Source: Octopus sinensis
Taxonomy: Eukaryota
Length of the DNA: 64,000 nt
Assembly (NCBI RefSeq): GCF_006345805.1
Contig: NC_042999.1
Location: 168,082,001-168,146,000, forward strand
Direction of reading: 5' to 3'
Shown: positions 24,180 to 38,559 of the stretch, one piece after another
Layout of the letters: each line of letters begins with the position of its first letter
Numbering within the stretch: the first letter of the stretch is position 1
Notes under the pieces: model-generated
Seen by the model: the letters and a program-made list of their open reading frames with translations, nothing else
Database searches by the model: none
Told to the model about the DNA's origin: nothing
Translations under genes and position numbers: made by a program

Positions 24180-25790
24180 ATAACTTTTGTATTTTTACGA
24201 ATTTTTACAAAACTTTATCAACTCTGTCTTTTGCATAATGGAATTGATATGATTATGCAACAAAAAAAAATCTCCCACCTCCCCAATTTTTAAATTTTTT
24301 TATTGATTTGTGGTTTTAAAATACAGACTTTCCGAATGTACCATTCATTTCTCTTTATAATTTCCAAATAATTTTTCAATACTTTTATGGAAAAAAGTCA
24401 ATTGATGATCCTCACACTTTTGCACAGAATCTTGGACTTCATATGTGAAACGCCAGTGACATGCTGCATGTCCATCAGCAATATTAGCAGACAGACAACC
24501 CTGCAGTGGTACGACACATAGTCCAAGTAGACAAAAGCCTTCTTTTTAAGAGGAAAAATGAAGTTGGAAGAGTGGTGAAGAAGTTTTGGATATTTGTGAT
24601 TATCATAACCAATGGCGTACCAGGTTTTTATGCATGTATGTGCATGTATAAAGATATCATCATCATTTAGCGTCTGCTTTCCATGCTAGCATGGGTTGGA
24701 CGGTTCAACTGGGGTCTGGGAAGCCTGAGGGCTGCACCAGGCCCAGTCTGATCTGGCAGTGTTTCTATGGCTGGATGCCCTTCCTAACGCCAACCACTCT
24801 GTGAGTTTAGTGGGTGCTTTTTACGTGCCACCCGCACAGGTGCCAGACAGGGCTGGCAAACGGCCATGGACGGATGGTGCTTTTTACGTGTCACTGGCAC
24901 GGGGGCCAGGCAAGGCTGGCAATGGCCACGATCGGATGGTGCTTTTTACATGCCACCGGCACGGAGGCCAGTCAGGGCGGCGCTGGCAACGGACACGGTC
25001 GGGTAGTGCTTTTTACATGCCACCGGCACGGGGGCCAGGTGAGGCTGGCAACGGCCACGATCGGATGGTGCTTTTTACGTGCCACCAAAACAATACATAT
25101 ATGCCCCCCCACACACACACACCTATATACACTGCAAGGTCTAAAGGTGTGAATTTTCTAAAACTCCTTTAGGGACAAACGGTTTTCACAATGAATTCCA
25201 ATTTAATCGGAATCTACATGCTCTGAAACATATTTGTAGAAAAGAAATATTAAATTTTCTCAAGATTATGAAGAAGCAAATCTTTGGGGCACAATTGTGT
25301 AAGTACACCAAAATATTTATATATATATACAAGGATTTATATAAAACTAACTCTTTAAAAATGTATGTATGTGTGTATATATTTGTATGTTTCTGTATGC
25401 ATTTATACATATATAAGTTTCAGAAGATATTAGAATAACGGAATAAAAGTCAGTCATAAGAGATCCCCCAAAATCTATTTCCTTAATTTTTAACTACTGT
25501 TTCTGGCACACATATTTACATAATTTTGATTTTGAAGTATTTAAAAAATTATTTGGAATTTATAAAGAGAAACGAATGGTAGATTCGGACTGTCCATATT
25601 TTAAAATCTCAAATCAAAAAAAAAAATTTGTGCATGTCAAATTTTTTCTCCAGAAGTTCATGGCTTCATAGGAATAAGCATGGAGAACTGCATCAAGATA
25701 ACCAATTTTCAGATATTTTACTTCCTTTTAAAAAATGCAGATTGTGTGAATGAAATAAACTGGATCCTGAATAAGAAATGAATGTTTAAT
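24180..25790. mobile_element. Old DNA-transposon-like element with long imperfect inverted repeats and a nested RTE tail
   Basis: About 24300-24385 is complementary to about 25535-25618; outer limits approximate. Confidence 0.5.
24655..25087 (-). mobile_element. RTE 3'-UTR fragment; further copies near 1500-1740, 3190-3365, 35830-36125, 44826-45225, 48808-49080, 53815-54017, 58298-58570, 63885-64000
   Basis: (CAT)n followed by ccatgctagcatgg...ggatgcccttcctaacgccaaccact...gtgctttttacgtgccac repeats. Confidence 0.85.
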
Positions 25791-27802
25791 ATGTCAAATT
25801 TTCAGATTTTTTTACATCATTTTAAAAGGGGCTGATTTTGTGACACAAACTAACTAGATCCAAGTACAGTGAATACCATCCATCACAATTTGCTACACAC
25901 ATGAAGTACATATGTATTTCACCAATTTCTTAAATACACTCTTTCTTGAGCATAAAAAATTTTCTTCCCAAGTGACAATAACTTATACGTCACATTGTTG
26001 CACAAGTTCTAGCTGTTTTGATAAGAGAAATCAGAAAAAGTTTGAAATGATTTCATCAGCATTTACTTGCACCAAAAAGCACTCTTTCTATAGACAACAC
26101 ATTGATTTCATAAGTGTCGCATGGTGCAAATAAACGCAATTACTAAACTTTCAATTCATTATTTCGTTTTTTGCATTTCGATTTGAACATCTGTACTCCC
26201 GACTGCATACAAGGGCATATGTAAAACGACGTCCATTTTTTAAAATCATTTTCTGCTGGTATCAAACTAAGTAGTATATTGAAAAATGAAAATAATTTCT
26301 GTGGGGGAGATTTGTGACTCCAAGTGTCAAAAGGGGGTCTTTGGGCCGAAATGGGTCGAGAACCTTTGATTTACAATATAAAATCTATCATTACAAAGCA
26401 CTCAAAGCTAATCCTAAATTTAGATTGTTTTTAAAGATTCCAAAGACCTTTCCTTTAACAAAATAGCATAAATGACTATGACCCAAACAAATTTAATAGT
26501 AAACTAAAAGTGAATACTCATGATAAATTCTTTTACAATGAATACAGGAATACTTAATTCAAATTGACACCGGAATACTAGAAGATATAGTAACTTTTGG
26601 TATTTTCTTTTCTATTTTGGAATATGGAAATAATTGTTTTAGTTATTGATAGATTTGTTTTATGAGTATTTATTTTCTATATTAAAACAGAAATGTTGAC
26701 AAATACATGATAGCTCAGATATTACAAAAGATGGAAATTTCCTTTTTTAACATAATTTTACAATGATCTGAGTCAAAAGCAATATAGCATATTTATTGCA
26801 GAAGGTAATCCTGTGTTTACTATTGTATAAAGGATCAGAAAACTGTACATGTATAATAGAGAAGACCACAGAACATATAAAATGAAATTTTGAAATTGGA
26901 CTCTTAAAGTAAACTTGATGATTTTTCATTAAAAGAACTGACACTAAAAATTTCAATGAATTGTTAATTGCTCTTAAAATAATTTTTGCATCAATTCCCT
27001 TTCATCATCATAATACTAAATGGTGCTTCAATCACTAATTTAACCTTTTAGGATTCAAATTAATCTGTAAAGCTTATTTAGTTATGCAGCTTTCAATCAA
27101 TTATGCATCATCTCAGTTTAGGATTTTGATGATGTGACTTTATTTTTAGAATGACATTACAGGTGTGAGAAGTCAGACCTGGCTGGTTTGACCATAAAAC
27201 AGATAGGATATTTTGGCTACATATGGCTGGTTTAAATGCTAAAGATTTAAAGAAGAAAAAATTGAATGTTCATCAAATCAAAATTCGATGAAAAATAAAG
27301 AAATTAACTTTTTCTTAGGGTTGTAATTTCAATCAAACAGAAATTCTTTTTGGTTCACTACATTATGTATGTTAGCTCATGCAAAACATTCTTCATGAAG
27401 AAGACATCCAGGAGAAATTTCCTGATATATCTGTTTTAAATTGTGTTACTAGTGAATAATTCCCACAAAAAAAAGAAAACATTCACTTAAAAATCATTCT
27501 CAGATATGGCAGTTATGTGTTAGGTTCTGCTTTGCTAAAAAAGTTTGATAAGACTGAAATATGTTTGGAGTTGTCTGTGTAACTACTAAAGATCACACTC
27601 ATTCCTACATAACCACATTTACATTTTTATCCATTTAAATTCTGGACTTCTCTCCTTTGTCCCTCTTGGCAGTAATCCTCATTAACACTAATCTTTTATC
27701 TTCTGATTACACGTGTACTTTAAAGAGATTAGAAATCCTTCTTCATTCACTTCATATATATATCAGCTCTCTCTTAACTGTATTCCAGAAAGTTACGCTT
27801 AC

Positions 27803-27931
27803 CTTTGTGGTAAATACTCCTGAATGCAGAAAATGATTAATCATTTGATCTTTGTTTAATAATCGATGATCAACATAATCTCTTTGTAACACCCAAATCA
27901 AAGATGGTTGCACATTTCGGACCATTCTGGA
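27803..27931 (-). CDS. TTLL3: TTLL3/TTLL8-family exon D
   Basis: Acceptor attctag, donor AAG|gtaagc; SRMVRNVQPSLIWVLQRDYVDHRLLNKDQMINHFLHSGVFTTK resembles TTLL3 SRMVRNETP...KDQMINHY...FTTK. Confidence 0.95.
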
Positions 27932-29215
27932 CTAGAATATATTAAAGACTGATGATATTTCAATAGATTTAAAAATAATTACTGTGCTTTTTCTAAAATG
28001 TTTTAGTTATAATGCACTGAAATCATATCAAAATTTCAAAGATATACAATATTCTCAAACCAAAGTTTAAAGATAATCAAGTACTTTTAATTGTAAATCT
28101 CATTCTTACAATATGGGTTAGTATATCAATAATTTCTTTCATCTTTACTGGGAAAATATTATTGTTATAATACTAGCAATATATTTTTCAACTTATGTTT
28201 TACAAAAGTATTTTATAAAAGAATAATGTATTTATGCATCATATACAAGTAACTGAATAATCATAAAGCTATGCAGAGCTAGCAATCCATTAAACAGTTT
28301 GAGAGAAATTAATATGCAAATCTATTTTCAAAATGGATTGAGATATATCTAAGGTTATATAAAAAGAAAAGTATGAGCAATATAAAAAGAAACAATTGAC
28401 ATACTTTGGAAATATATTAAATAGTAAATATCTATTTTGGAAAGGCAAAACTATTTCAACCATTTACTTTTTAATCCAAATAAATGAAAATGTCTATATT
28501 TTTCTCTAGTTACCATCTTGAATTTTTATAAGACAATTAATAGATTTCTTTCATGTGGCAATTTTCATTAAACACAATTACTTCACATATAAGCACAAGG
28601 GCTGAAATTTGGGAAGAAAAGTTAGTAAATTAAATATACCCTAGTACTTTATTTTACCAGCCCCAGAGGGTTGAAAAGGCAAAGTTTAGCTCAGCAGGAT
28701 TTGAATTCAGAACAAAGAACTGGAAGAAATACTGCAAAGCATTTCTGCTGACTCTGTAATTATTCTGCCAGCTCATCACCTTTATTAGACATATTCAATC
28801 TGTTATTAGTAAAGGTTCTGAAGAATACTTCACAATGGTCACTGATATAAATTATTACAAATTTAGACAAGTAAATTCATTGATAAGGTTTAATAATCTT
28901 GAAGCACATTTTACTATTTTAGTTGTTTCAGCTTGCTGGTTGTTGCCATGCTAGAGAAGCATCATTAAAATGTTATGATCTTATTTTTAATCAAGAACAA
29001 TTAAAAGAATTCTAAAACAAACAGAGGAAAATGTCAAAGCCCATAAAATAATGATAAACGTATTCAATTAAATTTTACTCACAAATAAGTGGGTTGGTGT
29101 TAGGAAGGGCATTCAGACATAAAAGAAACTTGCCAAAGCAGACATTGGAACTGAATGCAGTCTTTGGGTTCATGATCTTTTCAAACCATCCAACCCATGC
29201 CAGCATGGATGTTAA

Positions 29216-29436
29216 CCCTTTCATTACTGAATTTATTTTGAGATGTTCAGTGTTTCTTCCAATTATTTTAAATATAACAAAGAATTAAGTAAAATAACAT
29301 CGTTATCATTAAGCTAGAGTTAGGGACATAAATTGTGACTAAGGTTTGGTGGAAGATTTTAATTCAAAACTTTTGAAAACCAGACATTTGTACTAAAGAG
29401 CCAGAGCCAGTTTCAGCCGGGTTGATAACGAAAGGG
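29216..29436. mobile_element. piggyBac-type MITE in the TTAA of an RTE tail
   Basis: TTAA|CCCTTTC...GAAAGGG|TTAA (TSDs 29212-15 and 29437-40). Confidence 0.8.
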
Positions 29437-30283
29437 TTAAGCTGATGCTGATGCAGAATAAAAATATCTTTAATCTTGTAGCAAGCAAATTCATTTCTAC
29501 ACACACATAAATTTATAAATGTTAGTTTACTGCACAGACAGGCTGTGGGGTAAGAAGCTTCCTTCTCAAACACATGGTTCTGGGGTCAGTCCTACTGCTT
29601 GGAACCTTGGGCAAGTGTCTTTTACTATAGTGTTAGGCCAGCAATTTCGATAATGGCTGGAATTGCATTTGACCCTCCTGCCAATAACTGATGAAGAATT
29701 GGTGATCTTCTGTGTTTTCTATTCACCTGTGTATTTTGTATATGGACACTAATACAAGACCCACATTAGACTCCTCAATCATATCACTATCGAACCAAGA
29801 CTTTAACTACGGTCTGTCCAAAGCACTTACTAAGTGTTACCTGCCACTCTTTGGATATATAAGTATATATATACTTATTCTTTAATTTGTCTCAATCATT
29901 TGACTGCAACCATGTTGGGGCACAGACTTGAAGGATTTTAGTCGAACAAATCAACCCCAGGACTTAATTTTCTAAAGCCTAGTACTTATTCTATCAGTCT
30001 TTTTTACTGAACTGTTATGGAGACATAAACATACCAACACCGATTGGAAAATATGACATACCTATATATATAATTTTTAAAAATGTGTAGTAAATAAACA
30101 AACATATACTAAATACACAGGTGAACAGAAAACACAGAAGACCACCAATTCTTCATCAGTTATTGGCAGGAGGGTCAAATGCAATTTCAGCCATTATCAA
30201 TAACGGCTGAAGTTGTGTCTGACCCTCCAGCCAAAAACTGATGAAGAATTGGTGGTCTTCTGTGTTTTCTGTTCATTTGTGTA

Positions 30284-30707
30284 TCTCTCTCTATATAAAC
30301 GGCAGTCTGTGTGTCTGTCAGGTTGTACCCTCACCCTGACCACAACTTTCAACCAATTCTGATGAAACTTGACACACACATAGCCCAATGTCATAATTCA
30401 AAACTAACGCAGTGAAAATTTTGAAAAGTTCCCCCAGTTCTGAAAAAAATCGATAAATTCGACATGAGGTCGAGAATCTAAGCTTTTTATATGCAACACA
30501 TTTTCTGTCTAGGGGACACAATTCAACCATTTTATCACCCAAAGGGACAGCTAGGAACATCGTATACACAGAAGTATTCGAGTGAAGAGAAGACATTGCA
30601 ACCTACACATGCGCCTTCGTTCCCTAGAGGGAAAGGACTAGATTGGGATTAGTCGTTGCCTACTAGGGGCTCTTACATACCCGGGCAACGCCGGGCTATG
30701 CTGCTAG
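30284..30707 (+). mobile_element. Non-autonomous Helitron
   Basis: A|TC start, subterminal hairpin cccgggcaacgccggg, CTAG|T end, no TSD; near-identical inverted copy at 45411-45843. Confidence 0.85.
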
Positions 30708-30870
30708 TTTAGTATACGTTCATTTGTTTAATTACAATACATTTTTTTGTTAATTATATATAGGTGTGTCATATTTTCCAATTGTTGTCCTTTTATTTAA
30801 TCCTGAAAATATTATTTATGTAATGCATGCACTCATTAATTTTTTACTTATATATATATATGTGTGTGTG

Positions 30871-33010
30871 TTGCTGAATGTGGAGAATGAATGGGAGGAG
30901 GCGAGCCTGCCAAATGTTGACCCGGTAGAGGGACCAGCTACCCGAATAGACAGCCCCCTAGTAGTTAAGGCAATTAAGGGTATGAAACCAGGAAAAGCCC
31001 CCGGCCCATCAGGAATCACTGCTGAGATGCTTAAAACATCTGGTGGTGTGGGCTATGGCCTAGTCTCCCGCATTGTAAACCAGGTAGTTCATGATGCAAT
31101 CATACGCAATGACTGGCGTAGCAGCACCATAGTCAACTGCTACAAGGGTAGAGGTGATGCTCTAGATAGAAATAACTACAGGGGTATTAAACTGTTGGAT
31201 CAGGTGATGAAGGTCCCAGAGAGGGTCATAGCCCATCTCATTAGGGAGAGAATTTGCTTAGATGAGATGCAGTTCGGTTTTGTGCCGAGTAGAAGCACCA
31301 CTGATGCTATATTCCTGGTTCGACAACTGCAGGAGAAATACCTAGCTAAAGATAAACCCCTCTACATAGCTTTTTGGAGAAAGCCTTTGACAGGTTCCCC
31401 CGATCCCTTATCTGGTGGTCGATGCGGAAACTGGAGATTGACGAATGGCTAATAAGGGCTGTACAGGCCCTAAACAGAGAGGCTGTCAGCAAGGTTAGGA
31501 TTGGCAATGAGTATAGTGAAGAATTCCGGGTAGAAGTAGGTGTCCACCAAGGTTCAGCCCTCAGTCCCCTTTTATTCATCATAGTCCTCCAGGCAATAAC
31601 AGAGGAATTCAAAACAGGTTGCCCATGGGAGCTCCTCTATGCTGATGACCTGGCCCTCATAGGAGAATCACTACCGGAACTAGAAAAGAAATTTTGGGTG
31701 TGGAAGCTAGGTTTAGAATCAAAGGGCCTTAGAGTAAATGTAGCAAAGACCAAAGTTATAGTAAGCAGAAAGGCGAACTCAGCACACACACCCTCAGGCA
31801 GGTGGCCCTGCTCGATCTGTAGGAAAGGTGTAGGTAGAAACTCCATAAGATGTACCCAGTGTAAGCAATGGACGCATAAGAGGTGCAGCAACATCAAAGG
31901 GAAATTAACTGATAAGATAGCTTTCATGTGCGGCAGATGCACAGGGACAATAGACACCACAGAGAGTGTCACCACTAGAATACGAATAGCCTGGGTAAAG
32001 TTTAGAAAGCTCCTATTCCTACTGGCGACAAAGGGTCTCTCGCTCAGAGTGAAAGGTAGATTGTATGATGCATGTGCGCGAACTGCCATGCTTCACGGTA
32101 GTGAAACATGGGCCGTGACTGCAGAGGACATGTGTAGACTTGAAAGAAATGAAGCTAACATGATCCGCTGGATGTGTAATGTCAGTGTGCATGCACGACA
32201 GAGTGTAAGCACCCTGAGAGAAATGCTGGACATAAGAAGCATCAGATGTGGTGTGCAAGAGCGACGCTTGCGATGGTATGGTCATGTACTGCGGATGGAT
32301 GAGGAGAGATGTGTGAAGAAGTGCCACTCCCAAACACTTGAAGGTATCAGGGGGAGAGGTAGACCCAGGAAGACATGGGATGAGGTGGTCAAGCATGACC
32401 TCCAAGCATTGGGCCTCACAGAGGCAATGACGAAGGACCAAGATCTCTGGAGATATGCTGTGACTGCAAAGACCCGGGCTGCTTCCTGCACCAGTTTCGC
32501 ATAGCCCCAGCCCATTCAAAGTACCTTGGATTGCAGAACAACCTGCTGTGCTTGAAGAGACCTATTGAGTCAAGTACATGAACATTGAAATAAATATCAA
32601 ATGGAAATAGTAGTTGTGATACCTGTGCCGGTTGCACGTAAAAAGCACCATCCGAATGTGGCCGATGCCAGCACCGCCTAGACTGGCTTCTGTGCCGGTG
32701 GCACGTAAAAAGCACCATCCGAATGTGGCCAATGCCAGCGCCGCCTTGACTGGCTTCCATGCCGGTGGCACATAAAAAGCACTAACTGATCGTGGCTGCT
32801 GCTAGCCTCGTCTGGCACCTGTGCCGGTGGCACATAAAAAGCACCCACTACACTCATGGAGTGGTTGGCGTTAGGAAGGGCATCCAGCTGTAGAAACACT
32901 GCCAGATCAGACTGGAGCCTGGTGCAACCTCCTGGCTTCCCAGACCCCGGTTGAACCATCCAACCCATGCTAGCACGAAAAACGGACGTTAAACGATGAT
33001 GATGATGATG
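30871..33010 (+). mobile_element. RTE-clade LINE, 5'-truncated, with RT, Cys/His-rich insert, minisatellite 3' UTR and (GAT)n tail
   Basis: KAPGPSG, NYRGIKLL, EKAFDR, GVHQGSALSP, LLYADDL, RLRWYGHV, RGRGRPRKTW; frameshift near 31372; tail cggacgttaaacgatgatgatg. Confidence 0.92.
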
Positions 33011-33998
33011 GATGGATGGACGGATGGACGGACAGACGGATGGACAGACAGACATAGATAGATAGATAGATATAGATATACGATGGACTTCTTTCAATGT
33101 GAACTGGATACTTTTCACATGGTACCAGCACTGGCAGGATAACCAAGTAACTTGCAACACAAGGAATTTTGGGAGGGGAGGTGGCACTGAAGGAGGTAAT
33201 TTTGTGTCAGATTATGAAAGGTTAGAGTGTGACAGAGACAGAAACAGGTGTCTTGCTATAGAGGAGGTACATGGTTACCTGGCCAGAGAGGGGGGAGAGG
33301 GGGAGGAAGAGAGTAGGGAAGAGAGGGAGGAGGAGGGGTAGTAACTTTTTAAATATATCTAAATTACTAACTAGACATCTTCTAATGAGATTTTCCTTCT
33401 ATTTTCTTATATAACTTCCAGAAGTGAAGCTTTCTTCAATTATCAAATAAGCTGTCAAGTGAAAAATCCAATTCACATGAATTTTACGATAAATTTTACT
33501 CTATTCTCATCAATGAAGGTTAGAGTGTGACAGAGACAGAAACAGGTGTCTTGCTATAGAGGAAGTACATGGTTACCTGGCCAGAGAGAGGGGGAGATGG
33601 GGGGGGGAATAATGGTTTCAAATTTTGGCACAGGGCTGGCAGTTTTGGAGGGGATGGTAAAGTCAATTACTTGACTGGCACTTATTAATGCCAAAAGGAT
33701 GAAAGGCAAAGCTGACCTTGGCAGAATTTGAACTCAGAATAAAAAGACAGATCAAAATGCTGCTAAGCATTTTGTCTGGTGTGCTAATGATTCTGCCAGC
33801 TTGCCGCTTTAAACTAGTTTTTAAAAAATAATCTCAATTTAGCATTTAATATACTTGTATTAATTTATCTATGCATTAAAGTAAATAGAATCAATTGCTT
33901 GATGTTATCAGTGAAAATACGTGATCCAAAACAGATGCTTAACTTCAGTGATTTCTTTGAAGGAGGAAACAATTATATCAATCCCAGCACATCACTGC

Positions 33999-34923
33999 TA
34001 CATGAGATGGTATCAAAAAATTCCACGACTAGTTATGTTTCATAAAAAAATAACTTATCTATCTAAGTTTTAACATCATCTCCTTCAAAATAGTCACTTT
34101 GCACAGCAATACACCAATCCCAATGTTCCTGCCACTTTTGGAATCTGGCCCGGAAAGCATTTTCCATAAGCTAGTCGGGGACCTTCTGTGATTCACTCTC
34201 AATCTCAACAACAGTGTTAAAACGTGACCTTGAGCCACATTTTCATCTTAGAGAAGAGATGGAAGTCCGCAGGTGCTAAATCTAGCGATTAGGGTGGCTG
34301 TAGAAGCAATACTATATCATTTCTGGCAAGAAACCCATGAGTGAGGAGAGGTGGGTGACAGGGTACATTGTTGTCATGAAGAATCCAATTCTTTGCGCTC
34401 CACAGATCCAGTCACTTTCACCAAATGTCCTCCCTCAAACGCTTCAAACCATCACAATAGAACCCTCAGTCGACAGTCTGACCCTGGGGGATGGATTCTC
34501 AATGCACAATACCACATCTCTGGGGATGATACTTGTTGCAGATCTTCCAGATCACTCATCCTCTTCCAGGGACATTCTTCTACTTTTGAAGCATCCATGT
34601 CATTTGAAACATTGCATATGACCCATTGCCTTTTCACTGTAAGCTTGCCAAAGCATGCTTGATGTCTCTGTAGCAGACTTCCCAAGTTTTACACAAAATT
34701 TCACGTTAGCTTTTTGTTCCTGTCCATGACAAAATCACAGACTACAGCATACACATGATCACAGAAGCACAAATTTCACAACTTGCAAAGTAAACACAGC
34801 AATGTCTCTTGGCATATTGCCTCATGAAGGTCACTGCTAGCTTTCTCTGCACACACAACTGTGTGCTGTGATCTGATGGTGCACTACAGAACTAGTCCGA
34901 GAACTTTTTGATACCACCTCATA
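33999..34923 (-). mobile_element. Mariner relic with internal deletion
   Basis: TIR gagatggtatcaaaaa...actag / ctagt...tttttgataccacctc; decayed LHDN, DLAP and YFEGD remnants. Confidence 0.75.
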
Positions 34924-35391
34924 TACTCTACGGACCCAAGAAAGCTGAAAAGCAAAACCAACCCCAGCAGAATTTGAACTCAGCCATAACGGGTTGTTTA
35001 TTTTCTTTAATATTAATGCTTTGAAAATTTAACGATAAACTAATATTAGCTACCTTATTATTCTTTTGTAAAAGTTAATGGTTTTACCCAAGTATTATGA
35101 AGATGATTAAGATTGTTGTATTAATCATTTATTTTAATTTATGTTTAAAACTTAGGAAGTTTGATGATTTTATGTATCCAGTAAGGGGAATCTATAACTA
35201 AATACTGCAAAACTTTTGTTTGCGGTCCTAATGATTCTCCAAATTCACTCTGTAAGAATTGACAGCAGAATATATTATCTCTAAAAGTCTTTGCAGTGTA
35301 CATTGCACAGAATTGTTCAAGTATTCATGGTAACATTAAATACAATATTTCAAATTTAGTTCAGATACAGTAGAAATGTTCTTTATTTTAC

Positions 35392-35441
35392 CATTATATT
35401 ATAAAGCCTATCTTCTTCCTTCAACTTTACATTAGAAATAT
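35392..35441 (-). CDS. TTLL3: TTLL3/TTLL8-family exon C (50 bp)
   Basis: Strong polypyrimidine acceptor ttctttttag, donor ATG|gtaaaa; DISNVKLKEEDRLYNIM; bridges phase 1 (exon B) to phase 0 (exon D). Confidence 0.8.
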
Positions 35442-36094
35442 CTAAAAAGAAAAAAAAGGGGAAAAATCAATTCATTTCAAAATAGCTTTTTCCATTAACA
35501 TTTAACAAATAAATATTTTCATTGTAACTGTGGATTTTAATAGCTGGCTAACTGAAAACATCTTGATTACATTAAACCTTTTAAAAACAAGAATTATTTA
35601 ATCCTCCACTGTATTTTCACAGTTAAACCTGGCAAGATCCTTTGATGTTTCTTCTATTTCAACTATAGTGGAATTTTGGTTTACAAACACCTCATAACAA
35701 ACAAATTAGTTTATGAACAATTCTTTGAATATGACAAAGGATTGAGATCCCTAGCACCTGGCCATACTCAAGAAGACCAATGACCTGCCGCAGAAGTGTT
35801 AAGACTGATCATGCTCATGGTGTAAAGCATTTATGGTAGTGTCACGTAAAAGCGCCCATATGGTGCCACGTAAAAGTACCTGTACAATGTCACATAAAAT
35901 CACCTGCGCAGTGCCACATAAGAGCACCCATGCTGGTGACACTTAAAGGCACCCACTACACTCTGTAAAGTGGTTGACATTAGAAGGGCATCCAACCATA
36001 CAAACCATGCCAAAGCAGACTGCGGTCTGGTGTAGCATGCCAGCTTGCCAGCTCAGGTAAAATCATCCAATTTATGACAGAATAGACAACAGAT

Positions 36095-36125
<31 letters not shown>

Positions 36126-37284
36126 ATAAAAACGTTTCAGGTGATCCACTGTGTCTCAGGTAACAAACACGCAAGCCAGCAACAACAGTTAGCAATAAAT
36201 GGCAAGTATTAGCAGGAGAGCTTCAGTTACTGTCTTCTTAAGCACTCCGTCAGTTATGACGACGAGGGTTCCGGTTGATCCAAATCAACGGAACAGCCTG
36301 CTCGTGAAATTAACGTGTAAGTGGCTGAGCACTCCACAGACACGTGTACCCTTAATGTAGTTCTTGGGGATATTCAGCGTGACACAGAGAGTGACAAGGC
36401 CGGCCCCTTGAAATACAGGTACAACAGAAACAGGAAGTAAGAGTGAGAGAAAGTTGTGGTGAAAGAGTACAGCAGGGATCACCACCATCCCCTGCGGGAG
36501 CCTCGTGGAGCTTTTAGGTGTTTTCGCTCAATAAACACTCACAACGCCTGGTCTGGGAATCGAAACTTCAATCCTATGACCGCGAGTCCGCTGCCCTAAC
36601 CACTGAGCCATTGCGCCTCCACCAGTTACTGTCTAGCTTTCACTTAGAGCACATCCCTGCTCAAATTCACCAAACCTTCTTTAGAATTTCCTATGGGAAA
36701 AATAGGCTTTGGTTTATGAACATTTCAGATGATGAACAGTTTTCAGAAAAGAATTAAATGTGTAAACCAAATGTTCTACTGTACTTAAAACTGATAAAAA
36801 TCTTAACATGCTATATTCTTTCACTGGTTTCAATTATTGGACTATGGCCAATCCCAGAGCCATCTGATACTGATTTTATTGATCCCTATTTGTTGAATTG
36901 TGAAGTTTTGGGAAAGACAACACTGTAAACATAAACACAGATGGAGACTCAGAAATGCATATATACATATTCTCTCTCTCTCTCTCACACATACGCACAC
37001 ACACACACACAAAATGGCCTTCTGCACAATCCTGTCTACCAAATTCCATCCACATTGATTCTTTTAGACATGCATTGTTTTTTTCCATCTCAAACAGCCA
37101 AAGTGAATGCCTTATGGTGACTCTTATAATACATGATTTCATGATTTCAGCCTTGTGAGTGGATTTGGTAGACAGAAACTGAAAGAAGCCTGTCATATAT
37201 GTATGTGTGTGTGTGTATGTCTTTGTGTCTGCCCCCACCACCATTTGACAACCAATATTGGTATGTTTACATATTTTTTTTTTC

Positions 37285-37688
37285 TCTTTTACTCTTTTAC
37301 TTGTTTCAGTCATTTGACTGCGGCCATGCTGGAGCACCACCTTTAGTCGAGCAAATCAACCCCAGGACTTATTCTTTGTAAGCCCAGTACTTATTCTATC
37401 GGTCTCTTTTGCCGAACCGCTAAGTGACAGGGACGTAAACACACCAGCATCGGTTGTCAAGCAATGCTAGGGGGACAAACACAGACACACAAACACACAC
37501 ATACATATATGTATACATATATACGACAGGCTTCTTTCAGTTTCCATCTACCAAATCCACTCACAAGGCTTTGGTCGGCCCGGGGCTATAGCAGAAGACA
37601 CTTACCCAAGATGCCACGCAGTGGGACTGAACCCAGAACCATGTGGTTGGTTAGCAAGCTACTTACCACACAGCCACTCCTGCGCCTA
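37285..37688 (-). mobile_element. SINE family 1 copy
   Basis: Reverse complement of the family consensus. Confidence 0.9.
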
Positions 37689-38060
37689 TATATATATATA
37701 TATAAAATCAAGGGTGGGACTAAAACAAAATAACAACAAGCAGAAATCCAACAAAACACAAAATGCAGGAAAATAGATGATAACATAACAAACAGCAAAC
37801 AGGATTAAATCAAGAGACATGGATCATTCACAGCTCATTTCCTCTTCAGTCAGTGTCCAGAAAGTCCTTGCAGTTTCACACTTTTTTTCATCACTGAGAC
37901 TGCTCAAATCCAGCAAGTGCCAGAGATTCAAGCTAAAATTATTAAGCCTCTGGGAAAAGCAAACAAATGTATACAAGAATGAAAACAAGAGCGGAAACAA
38001 AAACAAGGACACTAGAATTATACACGTACAACTGAAGGAAAATAATAGTACATTTACAAA

Positions 38061-38559
38061 TCTTTATATATAAAAGAGAAGTTGTGTGTCTGTCTCCTAC
38101 GATTTAGATTCCTAACTACTCCCACATTTTGCGGTGCAGGTTAACCAAAACCGGGTATCTTATAGTCGTGATTCATATCGAGCCCTTCTGGGTATTAGCG
38201 CGCGTCTACGATGAGTCTACGATTTAAAAAAAAATTTACCATCATTTTTTTCCATTTTAATGCATTTTTTTCGCTATTATATAAGGGAAGTAACTCTCTA
38301 AAAATGTCTACGATGAGTCTACGATTTAAAAAAAAAATTACCATAATTTTTTTCCATTTTAATGCATTTTTTCGCTATTATATAAGGGAAGTAACTCTCT
38401 AAAAATGTCTACGATGCGTCAACGATTTAAAAAAAAATTTACCATCATTTTTTCCCCATTTTTAATGCATTTTTTTGCTATTTTTTGGCTATAACTCTCT
38501 AAAAATGCTTTATAGTTATTTCCCTTACAAACCTGAGCAACGCCGGGCGATACTGCTAG
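38061..38559 (+). mobile_element. Non-autonomous Helitron, second family, with three internal repeats of about 100 bp
   Basis: A|TC...cctgagcaacgccgggcgatactgCTAG|T; a similar 3' end is present at 57-86. Confidence 0.82.
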
